Below, piece after piece: positions 16,789-29,833 of a stretch of DNA of 64,000 nucleotides. The notes below the pieces were generated by a model, which did not search any database, was not told the origin of the DNA, and saw only the letters and a list, made by a program, of their open reading frames with translations. Within the stretch, counting starts at the first letter, position 1. Each line of letters opens with the position of its first letter. The stretch is from the human T2T-CHM13v2.0 reference genome, Homo sapiens, in the NCBI RefSeq assembly GCF_009914755.1, contig NC_060942.1, one strand, 5' to 3'. The position numbers were made by a program, and so were the translations under genes.

Positions 16789-17227
16789 GGTTAGAGAAGA
16801 ACTTTAGCCAAATTAAATTTAAAGGAGTTTCATTGAGCAATGAATGATTTGCGATTCAGGCAGCCCCCAGAATCACAGCATATTCAGAGAGACTCCAGGG
16901 ATGCCTTGTAGTCAGAACAAATTTATAGACAATAAAAAGGGAAATAGGGAGTGAAATATAGAAATCATAAGTGAGGTACAGAAACAACTGGATTGGTTAC
17001 AGCTCAGTGTTCACCTTATTTGAAGACAATTTAAATGCTCAGCAGTGCATGAGTGGTTGAAGTATGGCTGCTGGGATTGGCCAGGACTAAGCTATTGTTA
17101 CAGAAACATACTCTTAAGTTGGGTTTTCAATCTTATCTACCTATTAAGTTAGGTTGCAATTCATCCACAAGGACTCAAATATAGAAGTATGGGGTCTTTC
17201 TCAGGCCGTATTTACTTTGCTTTAACA
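16789..17227 (-). mobile_element. MER57 (A-type) ERV1 solo LTR
   Basis: Reverse complement begins tgttaaagc...ggcctgagaaagac...cttctatatttgagtccttgtggatgaa and ends ...actcctttaaatttaatt...taac. Confidence 0.85.
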
Positions 17228-17229
17228 AG

Positions 17230-18050
17230 GTACATATTGAACTTCTATTACATGTCAGTCATTATTACTACAGCTGGGAATATAATGGTGAGCAAAAATC
17301 TATATTTTCATCATGTTCACACTCTAGTGAGAAAGACAGACATATAATTATGTAAAATGGCCATTTGTGATAAGTGCAGTAAAGGAGAGGCACGTGGAGA
17401 TATGAGTGGTTATAATAGAGAATTTCATCTATAGTTTTTCTGAAGAATTAATAAGTGAGTTGAGAACTGAAGATGGGTTAGCAGTAACCAACAAAAGTGG
17501 TGGGGTAGAGAAAAAAATTCAAGAACAAAAAATAATCCCCTGATTCCTTGACTCTCTTACTTAAGATTGTACTTCTTCTTTGGTACCTTCTGTAAGAAAA
17601 GAGGTCAGGACAGTCTTACCAGAGGAATTAATGTTTGAGCAAAGACCCAAAGAAGTTAAGAAAAAAGCCACTTTGCTATCTGGCCAGGAATATTCCAGTG
17701 AGAGGAAATTTGTGCAAAGACCCTGAGATGGGTTGGTCCCTGTGTGGCCAGGAACAGCCGGAAGCCAGTGGCTGGAGAAGTAAACTGAGTGGGGACACAC
17801 AGGAGTCAAATTCAGAGTGAAAGAGAGGGAGGAGCAGGTCCTGTGAGTGTTTGTATTCATCATGGGGCACTGTAAAGAATTTTAGTTTTGAGGGAGATGA
17901 AATTGAACTTGAGGGAGAGGAGTAAGATGTAGAACCACTGAAAGATTTTGAGCAGAGTGATCTGATCTGACTTACACTTAAAAAGAAATCATCTGGCTAT
18001 ATTGAGAAGAGATTGTATAGAGTACAAGTTGGAAGCACAGTGGCTCTTGG
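17230..18050 (-). mobile_element. L2 fragments
   Basis: ctctagtgagaaagacagaca..., gccagtggctggag..., gattttgagcagagtgatctgatctgactta. Confidence 0.65.
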
Positions 18051-19489
18051 AGCATATTTAAGTTCCCGTTTACAAAGGAAGAAATGGAGGCACAGAGATT
18101 TTAACTTGACTAAAGTCATATAGCACAGATAATTGATTTGAACTTAGGTTTAGCTGATCTTAAAGCCCCTGCCCTTTCTACTATGTCAGATTTGTGTGTG
18201 TGTGTGCATATTAATTATAAAAGTAGGATCATACAATGTATGATACTTGAATAGTTTTTCACTTTTTCATTTAAGATGTTACGAAGTATGTCAACACATC
18301 ATTTTTCTATAGCATCATTTTTAAGGCTTACACCTTAGTCCATTGTATAGATGTACAATCTTCAGATAACCTACCTCCTTTTGTTATTTTTAAATTATTA
18401 TTAAAAATCTAAATAAATATTTGCATTGGGAATTCTTCCATCCTCTTCAGGGAAAAGGCCAAACATCCCAAGGAAAATATTTTAGAATATATTTCCTGTT
18501 GATGAGAAGGTGATCTTTCATACATGAGAAAACAATGTAAACTCAATGACAGCATTGGCCTTTTTATTTTAAAGTACTTAAAGCAATTTCTAAAAGAATA
18601 TATTTTCACACTTTGCGAAGTAAGCATGAAACTACACAAAATTACTAATTAATTAGATTTGGAGATGCAGTCAATATGTTCATGAGGAAGGGCAATATTT
18701 TGTGTAGAAACTAAAGTGCCTATATTTTAATATGTTAGTTTAAAAAATCAGTAGGCAAATGTTCTTGTCTCACCCTCCGGAACATTAGATCTCAATGATT
18801 TTATTGGTTTGGTGATGATGACATTGTAAAGGTTTGGGTTCTCCTTCTTTTACAGAAGCCTAGGAGTATCATTTCTTTCCGGTTGTCTTAGCTATTCCTT
18901 TTCCTTTCCAATACAGTGCAGTCTTCCTGTCTAGGCTTTTCAAGTTTCCCTCACCTCCTTTACTATCACACCTCAAAAAAATAGATTTGTCTCCTCTTTT
19001 TTTTTTTCTTCAAAAGTGTCTCAGTGCTGTGGACTTGAGAGAACCCATGTTATATAAGAAAAAACATCACAAGTTTTCTTATGAATCAAAGCCAGCAGTT
19101 AGGCCTTCTGCAATGTTTCACATGGTGGAACTAGAAACAGGAAATTATTCAATTAAACCTCCGTAGTTCACCACTGTAGCAACAAATAGGCTATTTCAGA
19201 AGCAGTTTTCCCAGCCTCAGAAGGAGAATTCCCCCAGTGCCGGGGAGTAGAGTGGTGCAAAAGTACCAATTTTCAAGAGTATTCAACTGCAAAAATGACA
19301 CTTTTCTACTTGCAAAAGAACTTTCTTTGGCTGTTTTCTGAGACAGAAGGAAATCTCCTTTCCCATTTTGGAAATCAATAAGGCTTTTTCCTCCACTGCT
19401 ATGGGTTATTATAAAAGAAACTACCCATGTTTCTGGAGATAACTTGTAGAAGATGATTACTGAAACACTGCCAACTCTGCTCTCCTGTG

Positions 19490-19518
19490 GGCCGCCATCT
19501 GGAGGTTGGGGACTGCTG
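19490..19518 (-). promoter_or_regulatory. Candidate CTCF site with upstream module
   Basis: Minus strand reads GCAGTCCCCAA-CCTCCAGATGGCGGC: CTCF core CCnnnAGRKGGCR plus TGCAGTnCC-like upstream motif. Confidence 0.55.
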
Positions 19519-19607
19519 GTTGGAAGGATGTGAAGAATATCCATTCAGGTTCCTAATGCTCGTATCTCCCAGACATTTCAACAAGTTTGCAATAGAGTAT
19601 TTTGAGC

Positions 19608-19626
19608 CAACGCCATCTAGAGCCCA
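19608..19626 (-). promoter_or_regulatory. Second candidate CTCF site
   Basis: Minus strand GCTCTAGATGGCGT, same orientation as the first site. Confidence 0.4.
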
Positions 19627-19889
19627 GGATAAAGTTCCCTTACCATTTCTCATTGCAAGTCATTACCAGGACACTTTCAGGGCACTCTTGTTGAGTTGCT
19701 CAGCTGGAATTTTTATAATAGCCTATGACACAATTAAATATACAGCCCATATCCAAGGAAGATATTGCTAGCTGCAGAGAAGTGATGGTGTCTCTCTGAG
19801 GAGCTGTTTCTTATGACAGCCTCCCTTCCCTATATAAACCGGGGGCAGCCTGACCAGCAGTGCCAGGATTATAGGCATCTGTGGAGTAG

Positions 19890-20090
19890 TGCCTACTCAA
19901 GTATGAGCTCTTCTACTTTTTAAGTGTGTGATGTTGGGCCGGCAATTTTAACTCCCTTAGTTTCAGGGTTCTCATCTGTGAATACAAATGAAAATACTTT
20001 ACAAGGTTATTATGAGAATTAAAGAGATAACATATGTCAAGTGCCTGGCATACAGCCTGATACATAATAGGCATGTAAATGGTGGTAGCA
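19890..20090 (+). mobile_element. MIR
   Basis: tgtgtgatgttgggc...tttaactc...ttctcatctgtgaa...gttattatgagaattaaagagataa...gtgcctggcat. Confidence 0.75.
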
Positions 20091-20229
20091 TGTTTCTCTT
20101 CTATTCCATGTGAAATTCAGTCTATCCCCAGAGTGGTCACTAGGCATACATTCTCACCTCTTCTCTTTCCACTAACATGACCATAAAAAGCCATTTTCTT
20201 AGTTTCTCCACTCAGGCCTACTTCCTCAC

Positions 20230-20810
20230 AGAGTTGAGCTCTAACAACTTGCAATTCTTTCCAAACCATTAAATATACATACAGATATGTATGTGTATAT
20301 ATATATATACACGCACACACACACACATATATAATATATATATACACACACAGATAGATGTATATTTAATGGTTTGGAAAGAGTTGCAAGTGGTTAAAGC
20401 AACTCTTTCTCTCTCTATATATATGTATATACACACATACACATATACACATATATGTGCATGTGTATATGTCTCTATGTATACATATGTGTGTACATGT
20501 CTCTATATATAGAGAGATAGGTTTCTCTCTCTATATAGAGAGCGGATTCTATGTATGTATGTATATAGAGAGAGGTTTGTATATTTAATGGTTTGGAAAG
20601 AGTTGCAAGTGGTTAAAGCAACTCTATATTATATATAAAATCTATTATGATATAATAGACAATGTTAGTGTGAAATTAGTAATGTATAATATTAATACAT
20701 TACATGATTAAATATATATTACATTGAACATATACATTACATATTATACGTAATGTAATATGTTACATTACACTAAATAAATATATGTAAGATACATTAA
20801 TATATATTTA
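20230..20810. repeat. Compound (TA)n/(CA)n/(GA)n tract containing three copies of a ~48-bp unit (one inverted)
   Basis: Unit tgtatatttaatggtttggaaagagttgcaagtggttaaagcaactct at 20359 and 20578; reverse-complement copy at 20230-20280. Confidence 0.9.
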
Positions 20811-22509
20811 CTAGGACTCATACTAATTTTAATTCTAAACTCAACCAGGAGGCACCCACATTTACAGGGCAATAAAGAAAGAAGAGGTAATTTAAAAAGC
20901 AAAAGGGGCAAATACAGTTTTGAAATGAAGGCTCTCTCTGAACAGGGAACCTCAGGGTATACTGTCGGTGCAAAACAGAGGAGTATTTACCACCCTACCG
21001 TGGGTTCACCATCACCTCAAATGTGACATAACATGGCATTGGGTTTTTTAGTGGATACAACACATAAATTTCTTCTGTCAAATTTAAAGACAATCGAAAT
21101 GTTCACATTTTTTCACACTCATTTGAAGTCAAACCTATTATTTCCTATTGCTCACTTGCTGAATTGGGATTTTTTGTTGGGAGTGGGTAGGTGTCTGGAG
21201 GAGTTACCAAGTGTAGTCCTTTCCAAGTATTTTCATTCATTTAGAGATTTTAGATTAATTTCATTGTTCTATTCTGCTGAAATCTTTTTGAATTTTAATG
21301 GTGCTGACAATTATAATAGTTATTCCTTCTAGTTTTCTATCACCAACTAATTTATTCTGCATGTTAATATCTCCATGCCAGGTATCAGTTTAAAAATATT
21401 TGCTATGGGGACGAGGGGAAGCAGAGCACTATGATAAGTCACAGGAGAATAATCTTTTAACTGGGCGTTAATTGATATTGACCAATTAATACACACTCTG
21501 GTAGTAGGGATTCACCACACTTCATTATAGTTTGGATCATATTTAACTTAGGTATTTACAACAATACCATGAGTATAATACAAAACACTTGTAAAAATCC
21601 AGATATGATTTTTTTTGTGTTAATTTTCAGTCATTTCAATCTGCAATAATTTATTCTAAGTGAACCCATGCTGGCTCCCAGTGGCCTTACATCCTTTCCT
21701 AAGTGTTTATAAATCATGTCTTAAATAATTAATTTTTATCTCCAGTCTGAGAGAGATTTCAAGCTCACTTGACTGTAGTTAGAAATAACTATAGCCTTCC
21801 ATTAAAAAAAATCAAGGAAACCTATTTTCAAAAGGCACAAATGCCTCTCCTATTCCTTAAAGATTAACAAAAGTGATTCAGCCATCTCTTTGGAAATACA
21901 TATTTGAAGCAAGAAAGGTTGGGTATTTTTGGAATAAGCACTCTAGGACCCTTTCCTTGCTGGAGATTTTCCCCCTACCATGCCCTACACAAATCACCCT
22001 CTTCTATCTAGCTGATTTAGTCTCAGACTCCAGAATTTTACATACCCATTATCACCTCAAACTCTTTGCTAGATTAATAGGACCACTGAGTCTTATTATA
22101 TTATCTCCAAGAGGTCATCCCTGAACACCTCACTCCCTCCTGTCTCTAAACTACTGCAGTATTTTGTTGTTGTTGTTGGGGGAGGCTATTACATAAATAG
22201 AGTTTTAAATTATAGGTCAAAAAATACACCTGTTTTCTTTGTTCAGATTGGAGGCTGCTTGAAAGGATGAACTCTTTCTTTTTCTTCCATGCAACCATCT
22301 TGTTCTCTTATATTGATATTAGGCATTAAGAAAAGCTTGCTGATGAATGATAGTAATGAAGCCTTTCCTTCCTTGTCATATGGCCACACACCCAGAATTA
22401 GACGTCTGTTGACCAAAAATCAGTTGCAAAACTGGCACTGGACAAAAAATCATAAATTTTAAAGTGGGAAAAAGCACTTATTAAATAGAATCCTTGTTTT
22501 TAATTAGTT

Positions 22510-25452
22510 TAATTAGAATGCTTCATGTTGTAAAATGTATATATTCTCCTTAACCTGGATTAAATAATAAAAGAATTAATTGACCCCTATAAGTGAGAAA
22601 TCCAAAGGCAGGGATGGCTTTAGGTTAGATGGCTTATTCCAATGACCCAAATAATGTAACCAAAATCTCAGTTTCTTTCTGTTTCTTCACTTTGATTCTA
22701 CAGTTTCAACTTCATTTTCAGGTTCTGTATTAGCTTTTTTGTTGCTGCTATAACAGATTGCTACCAAATTTGTGGTTTAAAACAAAAACAAATTTATTAT
22801 CTCACAGTTCTGGAGATCAGAAGTCAGGAAATGCATCTTTTACTTATAAAATCAAAGTGTTCACAGGGCTGTGCTCCTTCTAGAGGCTCCAGGGGAGAGC
22901 CTGTTCCTCTAGCTTCTAGAGGCTGCTTGCATTCTGTGGCTTGTGGTTCCTCTTGAGCAATGATATCACTCTGACTTCTGCTGTCATTGTCATACATCCC
23001 TTTCTTACTCTGCCTCTCTCTTTCAACTTTTAAGGATGCTTATGATTGTAATTGGTCTTCCTAGATAATCCAAGATAATCTCCCCATTGCAAAATCCATC
23101 TTTATCACATCACAAAGTCCCTTTTGCCGTGTCAGGTAACAGTCTGGCCTAGTATCTGGATGTGGGCATCTTTGGAGGGCTGTTATCTTCCTTTCCACAG
23201 TCTTCCTTCTAGTCCTGATAGATTCGCATTGATTTCCCATGAAAACTACGTTCATCCCTTCCCAGCATGTCCAGAAGTTTCAATCCATTACAGCATCAAC
23301 TCAGAGTCCAAAAAATCTCACATTAGCAGCTCAAAGGACCCAAATCACATCATCTAAATCAGGTATGGGTAAGACTCTGGCTATGACCCATACTGGGGAA
23401 GATTTCCTCTTTTCTATGGACCTGTGAAGCTAGAAAGCAAGTTATATGATCTCAAAATACAATGTTGTAACAGCACACAAAGCCAGCTACAAAACTTCTT
23501 CTCAAAAGGAAGAAAGTCAGAAGAAAATAAAAGGAATCCTTGGTCCCAAGAAGTTTTGAAATCCAGCTTGGCAAAAAAAAAAAAAAAAACATTAGTTTTC
23601 AAGTCTTGGGAACAATTATCTGTGGTTTATGTCTTCATCCTCTTGGCTCTGAGCTCTGCCCTCTAGGTTCATATTTCTGACCTTGTAATTATTTTTCTTT
23701 CATTCTTTTTCATAAGGGTAGTACCTACTTGCAACTGAGTACTCGTAGCTTCTTTCCTGCCTGTAGAATTTTAAAAATCTAGCAGCCTTCTTTCATTTTG
23801 TCTTCTTTGTCCCTTTGAGTCCAATCTGGCAGTGTTTCTGCTGATATAACAATCTCAAGAAGCTTGCTGGTCTTCCACATATGTCTTGGGTATTTACTCT
23901 ATTAGAGAGGAGACTCTTCCACAGGCCTTTCCTGCATAACTTCTTCTTTACTTCTGGCTTCTGTCAAGACAGCTGAGAGGATCCATGAGTCACATGCCTA
24001 ATTTCCTCAAAAAACCCACTGCATGACTGAATATTCTGATCTTTTGATCTTTGTGAGGCATGAGCAACACACTATTTACTTTCTCTACACAGTATGCGTT
24101 CCTAACCATAAATTTCCTAATTTCAGTGTGATTTATAATCTGAATAGGCTGATAATTTCCCAAATCAAGTACTGTTGTTTTCTTTTTATATAAAGAGTTT
24201 TTCCCTCAGTCTATCTCTTTATCATATTTTACTATAAGCAGCAAGGAGAAATTTGATCACATCTTCAACACTTTGTTTGGAAATCTTAGCAAATATCCAA
24301 GTTTATCACTTGCAAGTTCTGCACTCCACATAGTAGTAAGAAATAACTGTGCTAATATTTTTGCCACTATATAACAAGGACCCCATTTTGCATTTTTTTC
24401 TGAGACCTCATCATCAATGCCTTTAGTGTCCATATTTTACTAACAGTCTATTCAAGGCAATCTAGGCATTTTTTCTGTTTCCCAATTCCAATGTCACCTG
24501 GACAATTTTAAGTATTGTTACAGCAGCGTCTCACTCCAGGGAACCAAAATCAATACTAGCATTCTATTACTCTTGCAATCAACCACCACAAATTTAATGA
24601 CAGAAAACAACACAAACAACACAAATTTATTATCTTACAGTCAAATATTCAAGTAAAGATTTTACAAAGCCAAAATCAATATATCAGTAGGACTGTGTTC
24701 CCTACAGAGGCTCCAGTGAACATCTGGTTTTTTTCCTTCTCCAACCTTCAGAGGCTGCCTGCATTCCTTGGCTCATGAACCCTTCCAGTAATGGCATCAC
24801 TGTGCCCTGACCTCTGCTTTTGCCCTCACATCCCTTCCTCCAACTCTGGCTTTCTGTCTCTCTCTTCCATTTTCTAAGGCCCCTGTGATTTCACTGGGCA
24901 CATTGGGTAATCAAAGATAATCGCCTCATCTTATGATCTTAACTTTATAACATTTGCAAATCCCTTTTATCATGTAAAGTCACATTTTCACAGGTTTTGC
25001 CGATTCGGATGTAGGTATTTTGAGGTAGGGGGTGGAGGGTATTTTTCTGCCTACCACAGGTTCTTCATGGGGATCTGATGGAAGCACCAAGATTTCTTTT
25101 AAATTAGTCCCTTCATTGAAACTCATACTCTTCCACAGTCTGAGGGGAAAAGGATTACTCCCAGCAGTGCCTCCATGAGGGACGCAAAGCTTCTCCTTCA
25201 AACAAGCCCCAGAAAATGTCTTCTTCACTCTGATTGGCTGAGGGCTCAGTTTTGAATTTCTCATCGTGATCAGAAAGACAGGCTACTCTGCGTGACTAAA
25301 GTGATTCAGGATCCATTACCTCAATTTTGTAGTTGAGAAATGTGGAGCAGTAGTACCCTCAGAGCAAACTGTAAGACCTGTTATTAGAATAAGTTAGAAG
25401 AGATTAGGAGGAAGACAAGCAAGCAAACAAAAAACAAAAACAAAAGCCCACA
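22510..25452 (-). mobile_element. Old MLT1 (J/K-like) LTR split by the younger MLT1 provirus (halves ~22510-22725 and 25059-25452)
   Basis: Flanks carry MLT1-type motifs (gagaaatccaaaggcagggatggctttagg; cttcactctgattggctga) and join across the GGTTC TSD. Confidence 0.5.
22726..25058 (-). mobile_element. Complete MaLR element: MLT1(C/D) LTR - internal - LTR
   Basis: LTRs ~22726-23199 and ~24553-25058 share motifs (aaatttattatct.acag, gaggctcca, gaggctgc.tgcattc, ...ccaca); ~1.35 kb internal region; exact 5-bp TSD GGTTC at 22721-25 and 25059-63. Confidence 0.88.
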
Positions 25453-26534
25453 AATATCACCTAAAATATACCACTTCACCCCATGATTGTAAATTAGCCC
25501 ATGTCAAATGACCACATCATATTTATATTTGTATATTCTATATAGATAGCACATAGCCTAAGTCTAATATAATAATTGGCTTTCTTAAATGACTAAATGG
25601 TGAACTATTATATTGTCACATTCATGTGATTTGATCTGCAACGTAATAAAATTCATAGCTTTATAATACCTTTTGACTAGGTGTTATTGGTTTTGCAAAT
25701 ATATTTCTCAAATATGTTTTAGAAAGTATTGAAAGTCAGATTATGATATTGGGAGAACAAAAATAGATTCAGATAATTAATTTTCAGAATAAAAATAAGA
25801 CAAGAATGCAGTTCCAAAATGGATGTTCTGAAAGGAATTGTACACTTTTAATTTGTCTTATTTTCTTGGCCTAATCTCAGAAAATCAATGCTCCTCATAC
25901 ACCCCCACCCCTAATACACACATAACTAAGAGTATATGTGATTTGAAAAAACTGAAAGTGCAGATTAATGCACCTTCTGAACTCAAAAGTGTGTCTGGAC
26001 ATCTGTATATTCTATCACCAGATTAAACCTCAGAAGGGGTCTTTCAAAACGTCTTAAATACTATGTGAAGAGTATCAGCTATGCTAAACTATTTGCTGTG
26101 GCCCGCATTTCTCTCCTGTTTCTGCCTGATCTTTTGATATTCTTTTTTTGTTTTTGTTTTCCTAGTAAGAGGCTATGTGGCAAGTGGGCCTGATACCTCT
26201 GAGAGGAGAGATGAGGAGACGCAGTGTCTCTCAAGTATAAATCACTGAACTGTGAGTCAGAAAATAGCAAAGTTGTTTCTAAGAGAATACTCTAAAATCA
26301 AGCTGAGTCATCTAAGATGAAGGAAAGAGTATTGGGGAAGAGAATACAAGCAACTTTCAGAAGCTAGCTGTGGAACCAAATGAGTATCTAAGAGGAAGAG
26401 AAGTCAATGGTCTTTTGTAGAAGCCCATTAGTCAGTGGACTGATGGCTTGGATTACTCAGTACAGGGGTCAAGGGCCATAGTGAAGAGTAACTTGATCAC
26501 TAGAACAGCTATGTGAGGCTGAAGGAGATCTGAG

Positions 26535-27138
26535 TGGTATTTGGTTTTCTGTTTCTGTATTAATTTGCTGAGGATAATGCTTTCCATCTTCATCTGTATC
26601 CCTGTGAAGGACATGATTTCATTCCTTTTTATGGCTGCATAGTATTCCGTGGTGTATATACACCACATTTTCTTTATCCGGTCTATTATTGATGAGCATT
26701 TAGGATGATTCCATGTCTTTGCTATTATGAATAGTGCTGCAATGAACATATGTGTGCATGTACCTTTATAATAGAATGATTTACATTCTTTTGGGTGTAT
26801 ATCCAGTAACAAGATTGCTGGGTCAAATGGTATTTCTGCCTCTAAGTCTTTGAGGAATAACCACAATGTCTTCCACAATGTTCTCACTTATAAGTGGGAG
26901 CAAAATGATGAGAACACATGGACACATGGCGAGGGAACAAAACACACTGGGATCTCTCAGAGGGAGGGGCTGAGGGGAGGGAAAGCATTAGGAAGAATAG
27001 CTAATGGATGCTGAGCTTCATACCTAGGCGATGGGATGATCTGTGCAGCAAACCACCATGGCACACATTTAGCTCTGTAACAAACCTGCATATCCTGCAC
27101 ATGTACCATGAACTTAAAATAAATTTGAAGAAAAATCC
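26535..27138 (+). mobile_element. L1PA (approx. PA8-10) with 5' inversion: 26535-26880 inverted, 26878-27138 sense
   Basis: Minus-strand ORF2 C-terminal relic (ORF 26453-26887) abuts a sense 3'UTR; TSD agatctgag at 26526 and 27139. Confidence 0.92.
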
Positions 27139-28187
27139 AGATCTGAGCAACATGGACCATTTTTGGTTTCCTACCCTCCCTCCCACTTGTTGAAGACATC
27201 CTATTACTGATATGGGAAATACAGGACTTCATTAGTCTTGAGAAGAAGTTGCAACTCTTCCCTCATACCTACTATCTTATGCAATGGTTCTTTACATCAT
27301 TTTGGCAGGGAGGCAGGCTTGAACTCACCTTATACATTTACTGAAAGCTAAAGATTCCCTTCCCAGTTAAACAGCATGTTCACACAAGCCAATCACTTTT
27401 CATAAAATTTCAGGATATTCACAAACTTCCTGAATTTTGTTGGTGGAGACTTCCTGGGAAGATTCATGGACTGAGTTAAGAACCCTTGCTGTAGAACCCA
27501 GTCCTGAACCACTAGAGGCTTCACCTCAGCTAATGGAAGTTTTGAGTGTTTCAAGAAATTTGGGGGTAACCAAAGAGTTTCATCCAATTCTAAAGAATCC
27601 ATCCATGTAAGCTATTTCAGAAGGTTTTGCTTTAGTGAACACAGGCACTTCATATTTTAACTTTTCCAGGACAGGAAGGAATGGGCATGACTAGGGATCT
27701 AAAACACTGTTGTCCAGTTCCAGCATCATAGGAGTTTCCCTGATGATGATTTTATCCTGGATTTTTCATGCTTTCCCTCACGCCTTTCTTCTTAAATAGA
27801 TGTTCACATTCTCTCTGCTCACAGCCTGGTGAGCATGGGAGGGTGACAAGAACAGGTGGGGAAGAATCTAGTAAGGAATGGTCTGAATCCACAGCTGAAC
27901 ATCTCCTTAAACGACAGAATTTTACCAGAATGACATTTCTATTCATTATCCTTCCCGGCCAAATTAATTGGTTTGTAAGTTCACTTATTCTGCAGAAACG
28001 TATTGGCATGTGCAGAATTCCAAGTTCTATGCTAGCATCTGTGAGGAGTGCAAAAATGGATGGCATACAACCTCTCTCTTCTCAAAGGAGCTTGAGTTCC
28101 CGCAGCAGAGACAAGTTATGCAAAGGAACTCAGCTTAAAACAGTTTCCTGAAAGGGCTTTACTGTTCACCCTTCCTAAGTTTCCTGC

Positions 28188-28228
28188 TGTGTGTGTGCTT
28201 GTGTGTGTGTGCACACACACGCGTGTGT
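28188..28228. repeat. (TG)n/(CA)n alternating tract upstream of the promoter
   Basis: tgtgtgtgtgcttgtgtgtgtgtgcacacacacgcgtgtgt. Confidence 0.85.
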
Positions 28229-28329
28229 ATGGTTGCTTCACTTTATCTGCCAGGGACTGGAGAAATGTCTCTCTTGTTTTCCCAGAGCACCCCCTCCATT
28301 ACGTGAACCATCATATTTATCACGATACT

Positions 28330-28475
28330 TTATAATTATCCATTTAGCTTCTCTCCTGACGGATCACAAACCCCTTGAGGATAGAGACTGAGTCTCACTG
28401 GATGTCCCAACTATTTCCTGGGAGCCAACAGAACACCTGGAACATGATAAGTGCTTTTAAATATGTTAAAGAAAA
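28330..28475 (+). mobile_element. L2 3' end
   Basis: ccccttgaggatagagactgagtc...cacctggaacatgataagtgcttttaaatatgtt. Confidence 0.6.
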
Positions 28476-29074
28476 CAATTGCGAGAGAAGAGAGAACACA
28501 GACGACATGAGACGTCCTACAAAAGGAGGCCCCTTAGCTATTATGTCAGGAAATAACTCTGGCCTTTGTCCTGTCCGCTGTGTGTTTCAGGATCTCGATT
28601 TCCCTCCCGTCCTAGAAGGGAGTTGGATCAGGTGATTCTTTCCAAATGAAAAATTGTATTTTAAATAATGCCAAGGGCAGAGAAGGAAGTAAACATCCTG
28701 GCCACCTCCTCCGCCTTAAACGCCCGCCTAGGTTTTACAGTCAAATACCAATAATTTCCTGAAGGCTGAGTGTCAAACACGGTCGCTGCAAAACCTCCAG
28801 ACGCTCAGGATGTTCGCAGGCTCCATTGACAAAAGTGACTTCCCACGCTTTGCCCACAGAGGGCATCCCTGCGCATTGATACGCAGACCAGGCAAATGCA
28901 GCTCCTGGAAGCCTCCTCGGTCCGCTCTTTTTTCCCTAAGCCATAGTCTGTCTGCCCCCACCCCCTTCCCGTGGAATCTTTGCCTGATCCAGTTCGTTTC
29001 CCTCCGGTCTCCACATTTTCCCTTCCAGCCCTCCACTTCTCCGGATCAATGTGTAGTACGGTTCCAACTCCCAG

Positions 29075-29833
<759 letters not shown>

